DNA of 24,000 bases, from positions 1 to 24,000 of the forward strand of contig WYBU01000034.1 in the NCBI GenBank assembly GCA_011525745.1, given 5' to 3'. This document shows, piece by piece, positions 1-7,850 of this stretch. Position 1 is the stretch's first letter; each line of letters opens with the position of its first letter. The position numbers and the translations under genes were made by a program. The stretch comes from Planctomycetaceae bacterium. GTDB lineage: Bacteria > Planctomycetota > Phycisphaerae > UBA1845 > UTPLA1. The notes below the pieces were generated by a model. That model was not told the DNA's origin. It ran no database searches and saw nothing but the letters and a program-made list of their open reading frames with translations.

Positions 1-52
1 CCCGGCTTTGCCGGCGGAATCCACGGCACGATCAGGTTCCACTGACCGTCCG

Positions 53-535
53 TCACGTCGGATGGGTAAGAACTCCGTTCCATTCCCATTCATCGGCATT
101 CTCCGGGCTTTTCAAACACTTTCTAACAGTCGAAGTGCACCCGTCTGAATATGTGACGACCAAAGAGTCATAGGGTTCGACAACACCTGGGACGGACAGA
201 CTGATCTGAACTGGGATCTGGGTGTCTTGCAGGTAAGCAATGGAGCGGGGGGGTGGCGCACCGTGTGCCCCCGATAGCGATCGCTTGCCTCGGTCGCGCC
301 TCCGGGGCAATGTGGGAGTGAACTCCCGAAGCAGCAGAGCCTCGGGCCCGCACCGCATGAGTTGTTCCTCGAAACGGCCGACATGGTTGTTGCAAGCGGA
401 GCACGCACCGCGGAATCGGCGTGCATTGTGGAAGTCACCGAATTGCACGGGAATAATGTGGTCACCCTGGCCTCGAGCGGAGTCAATAGCCTGTGCGCAA
501 TAGATGCATTTGCTGTAGGCAACCAGTGGGTACAT
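53..535 (-). CDS. HNH-family (His-Me finger) endonuclease, stand-alone, ~160 aa
   Basis: ORF 53..619. The ATG at 535 (cat at 533-535 on +) gives MYPLVAYSKCIYCAQ... Motif order is CxxC (CIYC), GDHIIPVQFG, N, then CxxCN (CSACNNH), the HNH layout with two Cys pairs. The longer 188-aa start at 619 cannot be excluded. Local GC is ~50%. Confidence 0.7.
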   Translation of the reverse strand: MYPLVAYSKCIYCAQAIDSARGQGDHIIPVQFGDFHNARRFRGACSACNNHVGRFEEQLMRCGPEALLLREFTPTLPRRRDRGKRSLSGAHGAPPPRSIAYLQDTQIPVQISLSVPGVVEPYDSLVVTYSDGCTSTVRKCLKSPENADEWEWNGVLTHPT

Positions 536-856
536 TGTGGGAATTGTAGGACGGCGTTCACGGATACTCCATAGGACGAAGGAACAAAACAGGCAGGTAG
601 GCCTACACCGCCTGCTCAAGCTGGATCCGCGTGGTAGTCATGGCGAATGGCTGGCGAAGCGCCGGGCTTCGCTGAAGAAGCAGGGAATCAAGAGTTACGA
701 ACGCTTGTGGGCGCTGAAGTCGCGGGCGCAGCCCGTGCGGGATCGGGCGCATCAACTGAATGTATTTCATTACATCGTCGCGCACGCGAAACGCGGCGCG
801 AGCGTGTGGACTTTTCGCGATGCGGCGCCGACGTGAAACACGCATGCATTGTGTGC

Positions 857-893
857 GAAAGAAAAAGCCCCAGGCAATTGCCTGGGGCTTTAT
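857..893 (-). terminator. Rho-independent terminator of dnaK, possibly bidirectional
   Basis: Perfect 22-nt palindrome GCCCCAGGCAATTGCCTGGGGC (867-888) flanked by AAAAA (862-866) and TTTATT (889-894). On the minus strand it reads as a hairpin followed by TTTTTCTTTC and starts a few nt after the dnaK stop (897-899). Confidence 0.75.
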
Positions 894-896
894 TCT

Positions 897-2819
897 TCAC
901 TCTTTGACTTCAAACTCCGCATCAATCACATCGTCGTCCTTCTTCCCGCTCGACTTCGCGCCCGCGCCGACGGGTTCGTCCTTGCTCGTCTTGGCGCCCG
1001 CGGACGAGGCGGCGCGCTTGGCGGCTTCTTCGTACATGATCTTGCCGATCGACTGACTGGCCGTCGCCAGGTTCTCCATGGCGCGCTCGATCGGCTTGGC
1101 GTCGTCGTTCTTCAGCGCCTCTTTCAGGCCGTTCAGCGCCGCCTCGACCTTGCCGCGCTCCTCGGCCGGGACCTTGTCGCCGTGCTCCTTGAGCGTGTGC
1201 TCGGTCTGGTACATCAGATGATCGGCGCGGTTGCGCAGGTCGACCAGCTCGCGCTTCTTGCGGTCGTCCTCGGCGTACTGCTCGGCCTCGCGCTTCATCT
1301 TCTCGACCTCGTCCTTGCTCAGGCCCGAGCTGCCCTTGATCTCGATCTTGTGCTCCTTGCCGGTCGCCATGTCCTTGGCCGAGACGTGCAGAATGCCGTC
1401 GGCGTCGATGTCGAACGTCACCTCGATCTGCGGCATGCCGCGCGGCGCGGGCGGAATGCCCGTCAGGTTGAAGCGGCCCAGCGTGCGGTTGCCGGCGGCC
1501 ATCTGCCGCTCGCCCTGAAGCACGTGGATCGTCACCTCGGTCTGGTTGTCGGTCGCCGTGCTGTAGGTCTCTTTCTTGCTCGTGGGAATCGTCGTGTTGC
1601 GCGGGATCATCACCGTCATCACGCCGCCGAGCGTCTCGACGCCCAGCGACAGCGGCGTGACGTCGAGCACCAGAATGTCCTTGCTCTCGCCGCTGATGAT
1701 GCTGGCCTGCACGGCCGCGCCGATGGCGACCGCCTCGTCGGGGTTGACGCTCTTGTTCGGCTCCTTGCCGAAGATTTCGCGGCACAGCGTCTGGACGGCG
1801 GGCATGCGGGTCGAGCCGCCGACGAGGATGCACTCGTCGATGTCGCGCGGTGAGAGCTTGGCGTCTTCGAGGGCCTTCATGACAGGGCCGCGGCAGCGTT
1901 CGGTCAGCGCGGCGGTCAACTGCTCGAACTTGCTGCGCGTCAGGGTAGTCATCAGGTGCTTGGGACCCGAGGCGTCGGCCGTGATGAACGGCAGATTGAT
2001 CGTGGTCTCCATGCTGGTCGACAGCTCGCACTTGGCCTTTTCGCAGCCTTCCTTGAGGCGCTGCAACGCCATCGCGTCCTTGCGCAGGTCGATGCCGTGC
2101 TGCTTGCGGAACTCCTCGGCGACGTAGTCGATCAGCACCTGGTCGTAGTCGTCGCCGCCGAGGTGCGTGTCGCCGTTGATGGCCAGCGTCTCGAAGACGC
2201 CGTCGCCGACGTCGAGGATGCTGATGTCGTAGGTGCCGCCGCCGAGGTCGAAGACGGCCAGCTTGCCGCCCTTCTTCTTGTCCATGCCGTAGGCGAGCGC
2301 GGCGGCGGTCGGCTCGGGCAGCACGCGGCGGACGTTGAACCCGGCGATCTCGCCCGCTTCCTTCGTGGCCTTGCGCTGCGAGTCGTTGAAGTAGGCGGGC
2401 ACGGTGATGACGGCCTCGGTGACTTTCTCGCCGAGATAGTCTTCCGCGGTCTTCTTGAGGTCCTGAAGGACCATGGCGGAAATTTCGGGCGGGCTGTAGT
2501 CCTTGCCGCGGACGTGAACGCGCACGAGTTCTTCCGGACCGCCGACGACTTCGTAGGGGACGATCTTTTCTTCTGAGGCGACTTCGTGATGCCGCCGGCC
2601 CATGAAGCGCTTGATCGAATAGACGGTGTTTCTGGGGTTCGTCACCTGCTGGTGCTTGGCGATCTGCCCGATGAGGCGCTCGCCCTTGTCGGTGAAAGCG
2701 ACGACGGAAGGAGTCAAGCGCGACCCCTGGGCGTTGGCAAGCACCTTGGGCTGGCCGCCCTCCATGATGGCCACGACGGAGTTCGTCGTACCGAGGTCGA
2801 TTCCGATAATCTTGGACAT
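897..2819 (-). CDS. dnaK: Molecular chaperone DnaK (Hsp70)
   Basis: 640 aa. Motifs: [32 protein letters not shown], substrate-binding domain, acidic C-terminus ...EFEVKE. ATG confirmed (cat 2817-2819). AAGGAG lies 6 nt upstream. Confidence 0.98.
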   Translation of the reverse strand: MSKIIGIDLGTTNSVVAIMEGGQPKVLANAQGSRLTPSVVAFTDKGERLIGQIAKHQQVTNPRNTVYSIKRFMGRRHHEVASEEKIVPYEVVGGPEELVRVHVRGKDYSPPEISAMVLQDLKKTAEDYLGEKVTEAVITVPAYFNDSQRKATKEAGEIAGFNVRRVLPEPTAAALAYGMDKKKGGKLAVFDLGGGTYDISILDVGDGVFETLAINGDTHLGGDDYDQVLIDYVAEEFRKQHGIDLRKDAMALQRLKEGCEKAKCELSTSMETTINLPFITADASGPKHLMTTLTRSKFEQLTAALTERCRGPVMKALEDAKLSPRDIDECILVGGSTRMPAVQTLCREIFGKEPNKSVNPDEAVAIGAAVQASIISGESKDILVLDVTPLSLGVETLGGVMTVMIPRNTTIPTSKKETYSTATDNQTEVTIHVLQGERQMAAGNRTLGRFNLTGIPPAPRGMPQIEVTFDIDADGILHVSAKDMATGKEHKIEIKGSSGLSKDEVEKMKREAEQYAEDDRKKRELVDLRNRADHLMYQTEHTLKEHGDKVPAEERGKVEAALNGLKEALKNDDAKPIERAMENLATASQSIGKIMYEEAAKRAASSAGAKTSKDEPVGAGAKSSGKKDDDVIDAEFEVKE

Positions 2820-2886
2820 TCTGGTCTCCTTCCGCGGGTCGGCGCGGACGATGACCGTCCGTCACCAGACTCTAGGGGGCGGTAAG

Positions 2887-2902
2887 AGCAACCGGAGTGC
2901 CA
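2887..2902 (-). promoter_or_regulatory. Candidate sigma-54 (-24/-12) promoter upstream of dnaK
   Basis: The minus strand reads TGGCAC-TCCGG-TTGCT. This matches TGGCAC-N5-TTGC with correct spacing. The -12 element sits about 68 nt upstream of the dnaK ATG. Confidence 0.35.
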
Positions 2903-3230
2903 GCTTGGATACGGCGGGTATGATTATCGTAACATGTTGTAAATTATGAAGTAACGAGCTAATTGAGGCGCGGTGCTCAGTTCGGCGGTTTATGCCAGCC
3001 TGACAGGGATTCGTCAAGATGGCAGGGAGGTTGGGTGGGAAGGTAAGGGATGAAGTACGTACTTGGGGACGGGACGGGCGGCTCGGCGAACGCGTGCGCC
3101 AGGGTATTCAGAGCCGCAAGCGCAAACGCTTCGGTGTTTCGCGCTTGGACGGGTAACCCCGGCGCTGGCGCTTGAGGCTCGGTTCATTGTCGCGGCGATT
3201 GTGCAGTGGGGCGCCTGATTGGCTCAACGC

Positions 3231-5162
3231 TCACTCAGGTTGCGGCAGCGCCCGGGCGACCGGATCGCGCGGCGGTCCGCGGTCGGGCATGCCGGCCAGC
3301 GTGCGGGCCATCGGGCCGAACTGCTTGAGCAGTTGATTGACGTTGGGCAGGCCGGCCAGGCAGATGCGCACGTTGAACTCCGTGTCCGATTCAGCCACGC
3401 CGATGTAGACCATCGTCGTTTCGAGCGCTGTCGCCAACGTTGTGCTCATCATCGTGAGCACGGCCGGCGGCGGACCATTGCCGTTTGAGAACGCCGGCGC
3501 CATGCCGGCGGCGAGTTGCGCCAGTCGACCGCCGTGGGCGATGACGACAACACCCACGTTCGGATTCATGCGCGACACGATCGGTTCGAGCACCTTGTCT
3601 TGCAGAATCGACTTGCCGCCCTTGGCCGTGCGAAAGACGGCGTTGATCGACTCTTTGCGGCCGGAAACGACGAGGCAGTTGTTGATCCGGCCCACGTAAA
3701 TCGTAACGCCCTCGGGAAGCGCGAACGCGGTGACGTTTTGGCCGCCAATCTCGACGTCCCGCGGCGGCGGAACGCGGTTAGGCATCGCCATGGACGGAAT
3801 CGACAGAAGCTGCGTCCACAGCGCGTGCGACTTGTCCGCGTCGCCGGCGGCGATGATCAGCGCGGCGTTGGGAATAAACGGCGGCGCCGCGTCACTGTTG
3901 CCGGCGAGCAGACCGCCGGTCATCGGCGCGGCGTACACGGCCAGCTCCTCGATGTTGCCGAAAAGCTCGCGGAAGATGTCGAGGCCGGTGACGGATTTCA
4001 GCGCGCGGCTCTTGCCTTCGTGCGAGGGCGCGGGGCCGGCGGGCGGATTAAGCCCGAAGCCGAAGACTACGGCGGCGTTGCCCGGCACACATTCCAGCGA
4101 GCGTCGCGTCATCGACGGTGTGCGGATGAGGTTATAGATCAGGTTGTGATGATTCTCATTCATCACCACGGACAGATCGAGGCCGAGTCCGCCTTCGATC
4201 GCGCCCAGGCCGAACGACGCGCCGATGAGATTGTCGAGGTCGAGCAGGGCGCGGGCGGCCTGGAATTCGTCGTTGTTGCCGACGAACGGCCGAATCAGCG
4301 TCATGAGCCGCTGAGCGTCGACGAAGCCGAACGCGGTGGCGTTTCCGCGATTCTTCGACAGCTCTTTGTAGGAGGCGGTTTCGGCGAGGCTGCCCTTGCC
4401 GTTGTCGCGCAGCCGGGCGACGGCCGACTCGACCTGGGCGCGCGAACTGCCGACGAGCACCAGCCGCTCGGTCATGGCGGCGGTAATGCCGTACGGCAGC
4501 GCGTAAGTCGGACAGCCTTCGATCGGCTCGGCGATCGGGCCGAACTGCGCCGCCATCTCGATCAGGCCGCGCATGAGATCGGCGTCGCCGGGGTTGAGGA
4601 TCAACAGGCCGTGGACGATGGTCGTGCGCGGGCTGATCTGCTCGACGCCGGTAAACGCGGCGGCGATGCCGCCGAAAGATTTCAGGCAGCGTGCCAGGGC
4701 GGGACTGAGGACGATTTCGTCGGGGATGAAAGCGGCGGGATTGGGATGGCGCCAGTCGATCGGTTCCTTGGGCTGTCGTTTGGCGAGCATGGGGCGGACC
4801 GGCCTGGTCTCGACGCCCATCATGGTCGTGATACGCTCGACGAGTGCCCCCGGCTGGTTGATCTGAAGGTAGGCGATGGTGTCGGGCGGGCAAAGCCGGG
4901 ACAGTTCGCGACTGACGATGCGCTCGTTGCAGTCGTCGATCGCCGATCGGACGGCCTGGCGCTGCTGCTCGGAAAGTTTGCCGTTTTGATAGACCTTTTC
5001 GTAGAGCGCGGCGGCGGCGGCGGGGTCGTTCTGAACGGTCAGTACGTAGTGGGCCTGGTAGTACTCCGGCGGCCAGGATTCGGCCTGGGCCAATGCCGGC
5101 GCCGCGGCGCTCAACAGGACGATGACCGATACGGCGGTGCGAATGAGGTAGTCGATGAACAT
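3231..5162 (-). CDS. Secreted/periplasmic protein of unknown function (643 aa)
   Basis: ATG at 5162 with GGGAGA 7 nt upstream. Signal peptide MFIDYLIRTAVSVIVLLSAAAPALA|QAE. Balanced amino-acid composition, whereas the opposite-strand ORF is Arg/Gly-rich. No catalytic motif recognised. Confidence 0.8.
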   Translation of the reverse strand: MFIDYLIRTAVSVIVLLSAAAPALAQAESWPPEYYQAHYVLTVQNDPAAAAALYEKVYQNGKLSEQQRQAVRSAIDDCNERIVSRELSRLCPPDTIAYLQINQPGALVERITTMMGVETRPVRPMLAKRQPKEPIDWRHPNPAAFIPDEIVLSPALARCLKSFGGIAAAFTGVEQISPRTTIVHGLLILNPGDADLMRGLIEMAAQFGPIAEPIEGCPTYALPYGITAAMTERLVLVGSSRAQVESAVARLRDNGKGSLAETASYKELSKNRGNATAFGFVDAQRLMTLIRPFVGNNDEFQAARALLDLDNLIGASFGLGAIEGGLGLDLSVVMNENHHNLIYNLIRTPSMTRRSLECVPGNAAVVFGFGLNPPAGPAPSHEGKSRALKSVTGLDIFRELFGNIEELAVYAAPMTGGLLAGNSDAAPPFIPNAALIIAAGDADKSHALWTQLLSIPSMAMPNRVPPPRDVEIGGQNVTAFALPEGVTIYVGRINNCLVVSGRKESINAVFRTAKGGKSILQDKVLEPIVSRMNPNVGVVVIAHGGRLAQLAAGMAPAFSNGNGPPPAVLTMMSTTLATALETTMVYIGVAESDTEFNVRICLAGLPNVNQLLKQFGPMARTLAGMPDRGPPRDPVARALPQPE

Positions 5163-5285
5163 CGCAAGTTCTCCCGGCGCAAGGATTTAGGTCCGACTCT
5201 GCGCCCTCGTGAAGACTGGGGCGGAGCGAAATTGCCAATCTTGCCAGTGGGTAATTCTGCGGAAGGGGCGCGATTATTTCGGCAA

Positions 5286-5370
5286 AAGTCGAAATGAGAC
5301 GTCGAAACAAGAGTTTCACGCAGAGGCGCGGAGGGCGCGGAGGACTGGATTTCCGGCCGGGCGGGAATGA
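5286..5370 (+). repeat. Dispersed intergenic repeat, family 1, copy A
   Basis: Aligns to the reverse complement of 7711-7804. Identical 26-nt core GAAACAAGAGTTTCACGCAGAGGCGC (5304-5329). Carries hairpins GAAAC-AAGA-GTTTC and ATTTCCG...CGGGAAT. Confidence 0.85.
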
Positions 5371-5563
5371 CAGCGTCGCGACGCAGGTGGAAAGCTGAAA
5401 GCTGAATGCTGAATGCCGGCGCCAGATGACTGACGGCTTGTGGTCCGCACCGAGAATGGGAGTTGATCGACGATCTCAGTCGACAACGGCGATTTCACCG
5501 TCGAAGACGCGGTAAAAACCGCTGATTTGTCAATAGATTCCCAGCCTCACAGCGGACCCTGCT

Positions 5564-7369
5564 TCAATGGCTCACCTGTCGGATCGAGCCGGTCGAAGGA
5601 CGTGGCGGGCTGGGGGGTACGTTCAGGTAAGCGAGCGTGTGTCCGAGGATTTCGCCGACGACGGGCGCGGCGACGCGTCCGCCGAGGTAGCCGATCGACG
5701 CGTTGGGCTTGCAGATCGACACGAGCACCACGACCTGCGGCGCTTCGGCCGGGGCGCCGGCGATGAAGCTGCTGTAATAGGCGCGCGGCTCATAACCGGG
5801 GCGATCCTTAAGCGGAACTTGGGCGGTGCCGGTCTTGCCGAAGACCTGATACTCGGCCAGGGCGGCGTTGCGGCCGGTGCCGCGCAGCACGACGTCGGTC
5901 AACATGCGGTCCTTGACGGTCGCTGCGATCGACTCGGGCAGAATGCGCGGCGGCGGTTCGTCGCTCTCGAACTCGCGGATGACACGCCCGGCGTCGTCGA
6001 CGATGGCTCGAACGACGCGCGGCGTGACGAGCCGCCCGCCGTTCGCAAGCGCGGCGAAACCGCGTACGAGTTGCAGCGGCGTTGCGGCGATCTCGTGACC
6101 CATCGGAAGGCTGGTGGTCGAGAAGTCATTCCAGCGGTGCAGCGGCTGGACGATGCCCGAGGTTTCGCCCTCCAGATCGACGCCGGTGCGCGAGCCGAAA
6201 CCGAAAGCGGTGATGTAGCGGTGCAGGCGCGTGTTGCCCAGGCGCTTGCCGATCTGGGCCATGCCAATGTTGCTCGACTTGACGACGACGTCGGTGAAGC
6301 TGAGCAGGCCGTGGGGGACATGATCGTGCAGGCGGCGGGCGCCGTCGCGCCACAAACCGTTGTGACAGTCGATCATTTCATCCAGGCGCACGACGCGTTC
6401 GCAAAGAGCGGCGGCCGCGACGTAGGGCTTGAAAATGCTGCCGGGTTCGTGGGCGTCGGCGACGGCGCGGTTGCGATAGCGCGAGGGGGCGTAGTCGCGG
6501 AAGTTCTGCGGATCGAAGCCGGGATGATTGACAATGGCGAGAATGTCGCCGTTGCCGGGGCGCATGACGACGGCGACGGCGGACTCGGCCTGATATTGCT
6601 CGACGGCCCGCGCGATGGCACGCTCGGCGTGTTCCTGAATGACGGCGTCAATCGTCAGCACGAGGTTCAGGCCGTCGCGCGGCGGCTGGTAGCCGGCGCC
6701 CGACAACCAGAACGCGCGGCGGCCGGCATCGCGAACGACGGTCTTGAAGCCATCCTGGCCGCGCAACCACGATTCATACTGATGTTCGAGACCGCTGACG
6801 CCGTGACCATCGGGCGCGACGAATCCAATCAGCGCGGCGGCGTTGGTGGTCATCGGGTGAACGCGGTAAGGCTCGTCGAACAGACCGACGCCGTGAATGT
6901 CGGCGTCGCGGATGCGGGCGGCCTGCTCGTCGGTGAGGTCGCGCGACAGAATGACGAAGCGACGGTTTTCGTCGCCGGTCACATCCGCCAACACTTCTTC
7001 GAGCGGCTGTCCGACGACGTCGGCCACAATACGGGCTGCCTGCTGTTTGTCTTCGATGACTTTGGGATCGGCGAAGACGCCGGGTCTCAGTCGCGTGCCG
7101 GCCAGGATCCGGCCGCGCGCGTCGGCGATGCTGCCGCGGCGGGCGGGAATGGGGATGACGGAGCGGTGTTGGCGTTGTGCGATTCGATCGAGTTGCGGGC
7201 CGTGCTGAGCGTGGATGTAGGCGAGTCGGCCGAAGGAAACGACGAACGCGGCGATCAGAAGCGCGAGGATGCCGACTCCCGCTCGCGCGGCGCGCGGCGG
7301 CGGCGGTGGGGGGGCGATGGATGGAACGTTCTCGCGCGGGGATTCAGTCGTCGGTTCGAATAGCGCCAT
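5564..7369 (-). CDS. ftsI: Peptidoglycan D,D-transpeptidase FtsI / class B PBP
   Basis: 601 aa. N-terminal TM (GVGILALLIAAFVVSFG). Transpeptidase motifs SxxK (GSIFKP), SxN (KSSNIG) and KTG (GKTGTA). Sits directly after ftsL in a dcw context. The start overlaps the ftsL 3' end by 26 nt. Confidence 0.9.
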   Translation of the reverse strand: MALFEPTTESPRENVPSIAPPPPPPRAARAGVGILALLIAAFVVSFGRLAYIHAQHGPQLDRIAQRQHRSVIPIPARRGSIADARGRILAGTRLRPGVFADPKVIEDKQQAARIVADVVGQPLEEVLADVTGDENRRFVILSRDLTDEQAARIRDADIHGVGLFDEPYRVHPMTTNAAALIGFVAPDGHGVSGLEHQYESWLRGQDGFKTVVRDAGRRAFWLSGAGYQPPRDGLNLVLTIDAVIQEHAERAIARAVEQYQAESAVAVVMRPGNGDILAIVNHPGFDPQNFRDYAPSRYRNRAVADAHEPGSIFKPYVAAAALCERVVRLDEMIDCHNGLWRDGARRLHDHVPHGLLSFTDVVVKSSNIGMAQIGKRLGNTRLHRYITAFGFGSRTGVDLEGETSGIVQPLHRWNDFSTTSLPMGHEIAATPLQLVRGFAALANGGRLVTPRVVRAIVDDAGRVIREFESDEPPPRILPESIAATVKDRMLTDVVLRGTGRNAALAEYQVFGKTGTAQVPLKDRPGYEPRAYYSSFIAGAPAEAPQVVVLVSICKPNASIGYLGGRVAAPVVGEILGHTLAYLNVPPSPPRPSTGSIRQVSH

Positions 7370-7640
7370 GGCCGGCAGCCCTTGTCGCGGTCAGGTCGAT
7401 CCGCTCGCCGCGCGGCGGCAGAAGCGGCAGTCCGAATTCGGCAACGCGCGCCCGCAGTCGCTCGGGGACGCGCAGGCGGGCCAACTCGATGTCGCGGCTC
7501 CAGAGTTCCTGTTCGAGGCGAATCTGTTTCTGGTGCAGGGCCTGAATGCGGTAGGACGTTCGCGCCATTTCCTTGCGCAGATCGATGACGGCGATTCCGA
7601 CCAGGGACAGCAGGATGACGACGAGCAGAATGCGAGTCAT
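7344..7640 (-). CDS. ftsL: Cell division protein FtsL-like (98 aa)
   Basis: ATG at 7640. N-terminal TM (ILLVVILLSLVGIAVI) followed by a coiled coil (YRIQALHQKQIRLEQELWSRDIELARL) and ...RVAEFGLPL, the typical FtsL layout. Located immediately upstream of ftsI. Confidence 0.65.
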   Translation of the reverse strand: MTRILLVVILLSLVGIAVIDLRKEMARTSYRIQALHQKQIRLEQELWSRDIELARLRVPERLRARVAEFGLPLLPPRGERIDLTATRAAGHGAIRTDD

Positions 7641-7710
7641 TGGTTTAGAGCCGTCAGCTAGATTCAGTTGTCAGTTGCCATTCTCGATTGACAGTGACAG
7701 CCACCGACCA

Positions 7711-7804
7711 TCATTCCCGCGCAGGCGGGAATCCAGTTCCTCCGCGGCCTCGGCGCCTCTGCGTGAAACTCTTGTTTCGACCCTTTGACGTTCCATTTCG
7801 ACTT
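7711..7804 (-). repeat. Dispersed intergenic repeat, family 1, copy B (inverted relative to copy A)
   Basis: Its reverse complement aligns with 5286-5370. The core 7753-7778 is the exact reverse complement of 5304-5329. There is an 8-nt insertion. Hairpin ATTCCCGC-GCAG-GCGGGAAT at 7713-7732. Extra (rc) GTCGAAA units run to ~7830. Confidence 0.85.
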
Positions 7805-7850
7805 TCGACTTACGATTCTCGACTTTCCGCTTTTCCCCTTCGCCGGCGGA

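Noticed and set aside
537-845. Small ORFs on both strands: 537..836 (+, 99 aa) and 603..845 (-, 80 aa; internal MKYIQLM...).
   Set aside because: Both frames have similar third-position GC (about 70% by my count). Neither has a recognisable motif or a clear start signal, so I cannot decide which, if either, is coding.
922-2865. 647-aa minus-strand ORF in an alternative frame of dnaK.
   Set aside because: The product is extremely Arg/Pro/Gly-rich. It is an out-of-frame artefact of the dnaK locus.
2880-2975. Search for a CIRCE (TTAGCACTC-N9-GAGTGCTAA) operator or a sigma-32 promoter upstream of dnaK.
   Set aside because: Only loose fragments were found (CTGAGCACC...TTAGCTCG; CCCCCTAG with no properly spaced CTTGAAA). 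This is not enough to call either element.
5394-5414. Tandem 7-mer GCTGAAA-GCTGAAT-GCTGAAT.
   Set aside because: It has only three units in a spacer with no obvious functional context. This is probably slippage noise.
5567-7363. 598-aa ORF on the + strand almost exactly antisense to ftsI. Similar long antisense ORFs occur at 3516-5297, 12493-14334, 849-1853, 17206-18630 and 18637-19416.
   Set aside because: These are typical high-GC shadow ORFs. Their products are Arg/Gly/Ala/Asp-rich with no motifs, while the opposite strand encodes clearly recognisable proteins.
5286-7804. Reading the facing repeats around ftsL-ftsI as the ends of a composite transposon or mobile cassette.
   Set aside because: There is no transposase, integrase or target duplication. 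The enclosed genes are core dcw genes in their canonical order. A REP-like intergenic element is more parsimonious.
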